Assembly (NCBI RefSeq): GCF_030684315.1
Contig: NC_081356.1
Span: forward strand, 20,795,197-20,859,196
Direction of reading: 5' to 3'
DNA: 64,000 nt
Origin: Stegostoma tigrinum
Lineage: Eukaryota
Below, in pieces: positions 61,445 to 64,000 of this stretch; position 1 is the stretch's first letter, and every line of letters starts with the position of its first letter. Made by a program: the position numbers and the translations under genes. The notes beneath the pieces are model-generated. The model was given only the letters and a program-made list of their open reading frames with translations. It did not search any database and was not told where the DNA came from.

Positions 61445-62936
61445 GAAGAAAACAGAAGTTTCCAGAAAAGCTCAGCAGGTCTGACAGCATCTGTGCAGAA
61501 AAAAATCTCAGAGAGCTCAATATGAATAAAATTTCAATTCTTTTTGCTGCTTTCTCAGTTCCAAAGAATAAAGAACAAAGGACACGGGAACAGGCCCTTC
61601 GGCCCTCTAAGCCTGCGCCAATCCAGAACCTCAATCAAAAACCTGTTGCGTATTTTCCAAGGATCTGTATCCCTCTGCTCCCTGCCCATTCATGTATCTG
61701 TCTAGATACATTTTAAATGACACTATCGTGCCCCCCTCTAAAACTTCTGCTGGCACCCACCACCCTCTGCAGAAAGAACTTTTCATGCATTTCTCCCTCA
61801 AACCTTTCCCCTCTCGTCTTGAAATCATGACTCCTAGTAAATGAGTCCCCCCGCTCTGGAAAAAGCTTCTTGCTATCCACTCTGTCTAGACCTCTCATGA
61901 TTTTGTAGGCCTCAATCAGGTTCCCCCTCAACCTCCGTCTTTCCAATGTAAATAGTCCTAATCTGTTCAATCTGTCTTCATAGCTAGTGCCCTCCATACC
62001 AGGCAACATCCTGGTGAACCTCCTCTGCACTGTCTCCAAAGCATCCACATCCTTTTGGCAATGTGGTGACCAGAACTGCACACAATATTCTAAATGTGGT
62101 TGAACCAAAGTCCTATACAACTGTAACATGACCTGTCAGCTCTTGTACTCAATACCCCGTCCGATGAATGAAAGCATGCCGTATGCCTTCTTGACCACTC
62201 TATCAACCTGAGTTGCCACTTTCAGGGTGCAATGAACCTGAACATCCAGATCTCTCTGTGCATCAATTTTCCCCATTTACCACATAGTTTGCTCTTGAAT
62301 TGGATCTTCCAAAATGCATCACCTCGCAGTTGCCTGGATTGAACTCCATCTGCCATTTCTCCGCCCAACTTTCCAACCTATCTGCAGCATTCTCTGACAG
62401 TCCCCCTCATTATCCGCTACTCCACCAGTCTTAGTGTCATCCCTTGAGGTAAAAGATTGGTGAAAGCACTTGTTGCAAGGCACTTATGTTTAGAGTTTTA
62501 AGATGTTCACCGTGACAGAGAACATCACAAAAAATGGCCTAAACTCTCCCATATCTCAACCCACTACACCACACACCAAGCCTTGTTATCACATAGCCTG
62601 CCATTACATACTCCCTTTGTTACTCACTAACAGTCCCAATAACAGCTATGCACCTTCCTGGCTAGGTCGTTACCAACTGCTTTGTCTATCCAACTGCTCT
62701 CCTCTCTCTTTGGGCTCTATTCTTTATTCTATTGTTTGCTCCCTATCCCATCCCCTTCCCTATTTTCTACACGTAAACTGATGTTTTCCCAGCTGCAAAG
62801 AGTTCCGAGGAAGGGTCACCAGACCCAAAACGTTAACTCTGATTTTTCTTTCCAGATGCTGCCAGACTTGTTGAACTTTTCCAGCAACTTCTGTCTTTGT
62901 TCCTGATTTACAACATCCGCAGTTCTTTCAGTTTTA
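61445..62936 (+). mobile_element. Old Neptune-like PLE inverted insertion (arms 61445-61510 and 62540-62936) with filler DNA
   Basis: Left arm is the reverse complement of 62840-62900; degenerate hammerhead ccgaggaagggtcaccagacccaaaacgtt at ~62805; weak TSD atattggatgctt / atgtaggatacct. Confidence 0.7.
61563..62441 (-). mobile_element. Younger CR1 LINE 3' part
   Basis: ORF 61713-62129 LQLYRTLVQPHLEYCVQFWSPHCQKDV...; (aaagaac)n tail. Confidence 0.93.
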
Positions 62937-63757
62937 TGTAGGATACCTTTGTTAGCACAGGAATAAATTTCAAGAACACGGGGGTTGTAATGGCACTGTT
63001 TAAAATGCTATTCCAGCTGCACCTAGAGTATTTTATGCAGTTCTGGTCACCACATTGTAGGAAGAACGTGATCAGACTAGGAAAGATAAAGAGAAAGCTA
63101 ATCACGATGCTGCCTGAAGTGGAGGGTCTGACAAATGAGGAAAGATGAGATAGCAGGGGTTTGTTTTCTTTGGAACAATGTTGAACCTGATAAAGGTATA
63201 TAGATTATGAGAACCATAGATGGTGTAGATAGGAAGGCACATCTTCCATAAATAGAAGGGCCAATATTAAGGTTGCATCGTTTTAAAGTAAGACGTAAAA
63301 GGCTAAGAGGGGATTTTGAGATTATTTTCATTCAGAGGTAGTGGGATTAAGGAACTCACTGCCTGAAAATGTGGCTGAGTCAGAAAATTTCATAAAATTC
63401 AAGCAGCGTTTAATACTCATTTGGCTTCATTTACGTTGCCTTAGCATCAGAGGATATAGCCCAAAGCTGGAAATTGTTACCTAGTGATAGGCAAGAAAGG
63501 GTCAGGCCTAAGGCTTTGGTGAATAAGTCACCAGATATATGGAATAAGGCCTTGTCCTACCAAGCAACGTCAAGTTGCTTTTTTACAAGGCAGCATTGAA
63601 GTACATTATGATGAAGAGGTAAATTTCTTATTACCATGTTTAAATCTGGCTTCCAGGATGTTGTTGCAAAACATTTTGAGAGCTTGGTATTGTTAGCTAC
63701 TGCACAGATTTCCTAGATGGGAAATAAGTAAAATTGAGAGGTTACTATCCAGTTGGT

Positions 63758-63912
63758 AAAAACTCAGGAAGCTCTGTATGAATAACAGTTTGATTTGTTT
63801 CGATACTTTTTCGGTTCCCTTGAAGTTGCAATTTGGTGGGAGCACTTGTTGCAAGAGACTTATGTTGACAGTTTTTAGATGTTCACATGACAGAGAACAT
63901 CACAAAAATGGC
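63758..63912 (+). repeat. ~155-bp segment duplicated at 61501-61562 plus 62442-62538
   Basis: Shared agcacttgttgcaag..acttatgtt...agatgttcac..tgacagagaacatcacaaaaa(a)tggc. Confidence 0.85.
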
Positions 63913-64000
63913 ATGTGGCAGCTTCTACTTTAACTTGAGATGAAGAAACAGTCAAGCATCAACAATAGGAAAGGTTTACTTTGGAGGTAGCTATTGGTAA

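Larger units (their letters stand above)
60590..63480 (+). mobile_element. Old CR1 LINE split by PLE and CR1 insertions (parts 60590-61444 and 62937-63480)
   Basis: LKADTSPG...; EKCEVMYL; LEYFMQFWSPHCRK; host sequence is continuous across the nested block. Confidence 0.8.

Noticed and set aside
1-64000. Most 60-160 aa ORFs in the track as host genes
   Set aside because: They have no recognisable domains or lie inside LINE, SINE and PLE copies; no exon chain is visible
63500-64000. Endogenous viral coding fragment
   Set aside because: All frames contain stops and no viral motif was recognised; tBLASTx would be needed

Overview
This is eukaryotic, AT-rich, repeat-dense DNA with no recognisable host protein-coding gene. 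It is most likely intergenic or intronic sequence from a cartilaginous fish (shark); that is inferred from HE1/V-type SINEs, CR1, Rex1/Babar, RTE, L2, Deu-domain SINEs, Gypsy LTRs and Harbinger remnants. Almost all ORFs in the track are spurious or transposon fragments. The most structured signal is a set of about 12 Penelope-like element (PLE) insertions from two clades (Neptune-like and Poseidon-like). They share one architecture: target-site duplication (TSD, 11-17 bp), two inverted 3' ends pointing outwards and joined at their 5'-truncated ends, then the TSD again. Only one arm carries a ~35-nt tail, and most arms carry a minimal type I hammerhead ribozyme motif (CTGAtGA-stem-GAAAC-GTC). 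Four copies are ~200-bp near-perfect hairpins whose arms stop just upstream of the ribozyme core. Other notable items: a PLE junction holding a ~150-bp copy of nearby DNA, a ~460-bp-arm inverted repeat flanked by a 12-bp direct repeat, a tRNA-Gly pseudogene with a GCA anticodon, and unique blocks with PBX-HOX/MEIS motifs that may be conserved enhancers. Boundaries of old repeats are approximate and all family names come from recognition by eye, not database searches.
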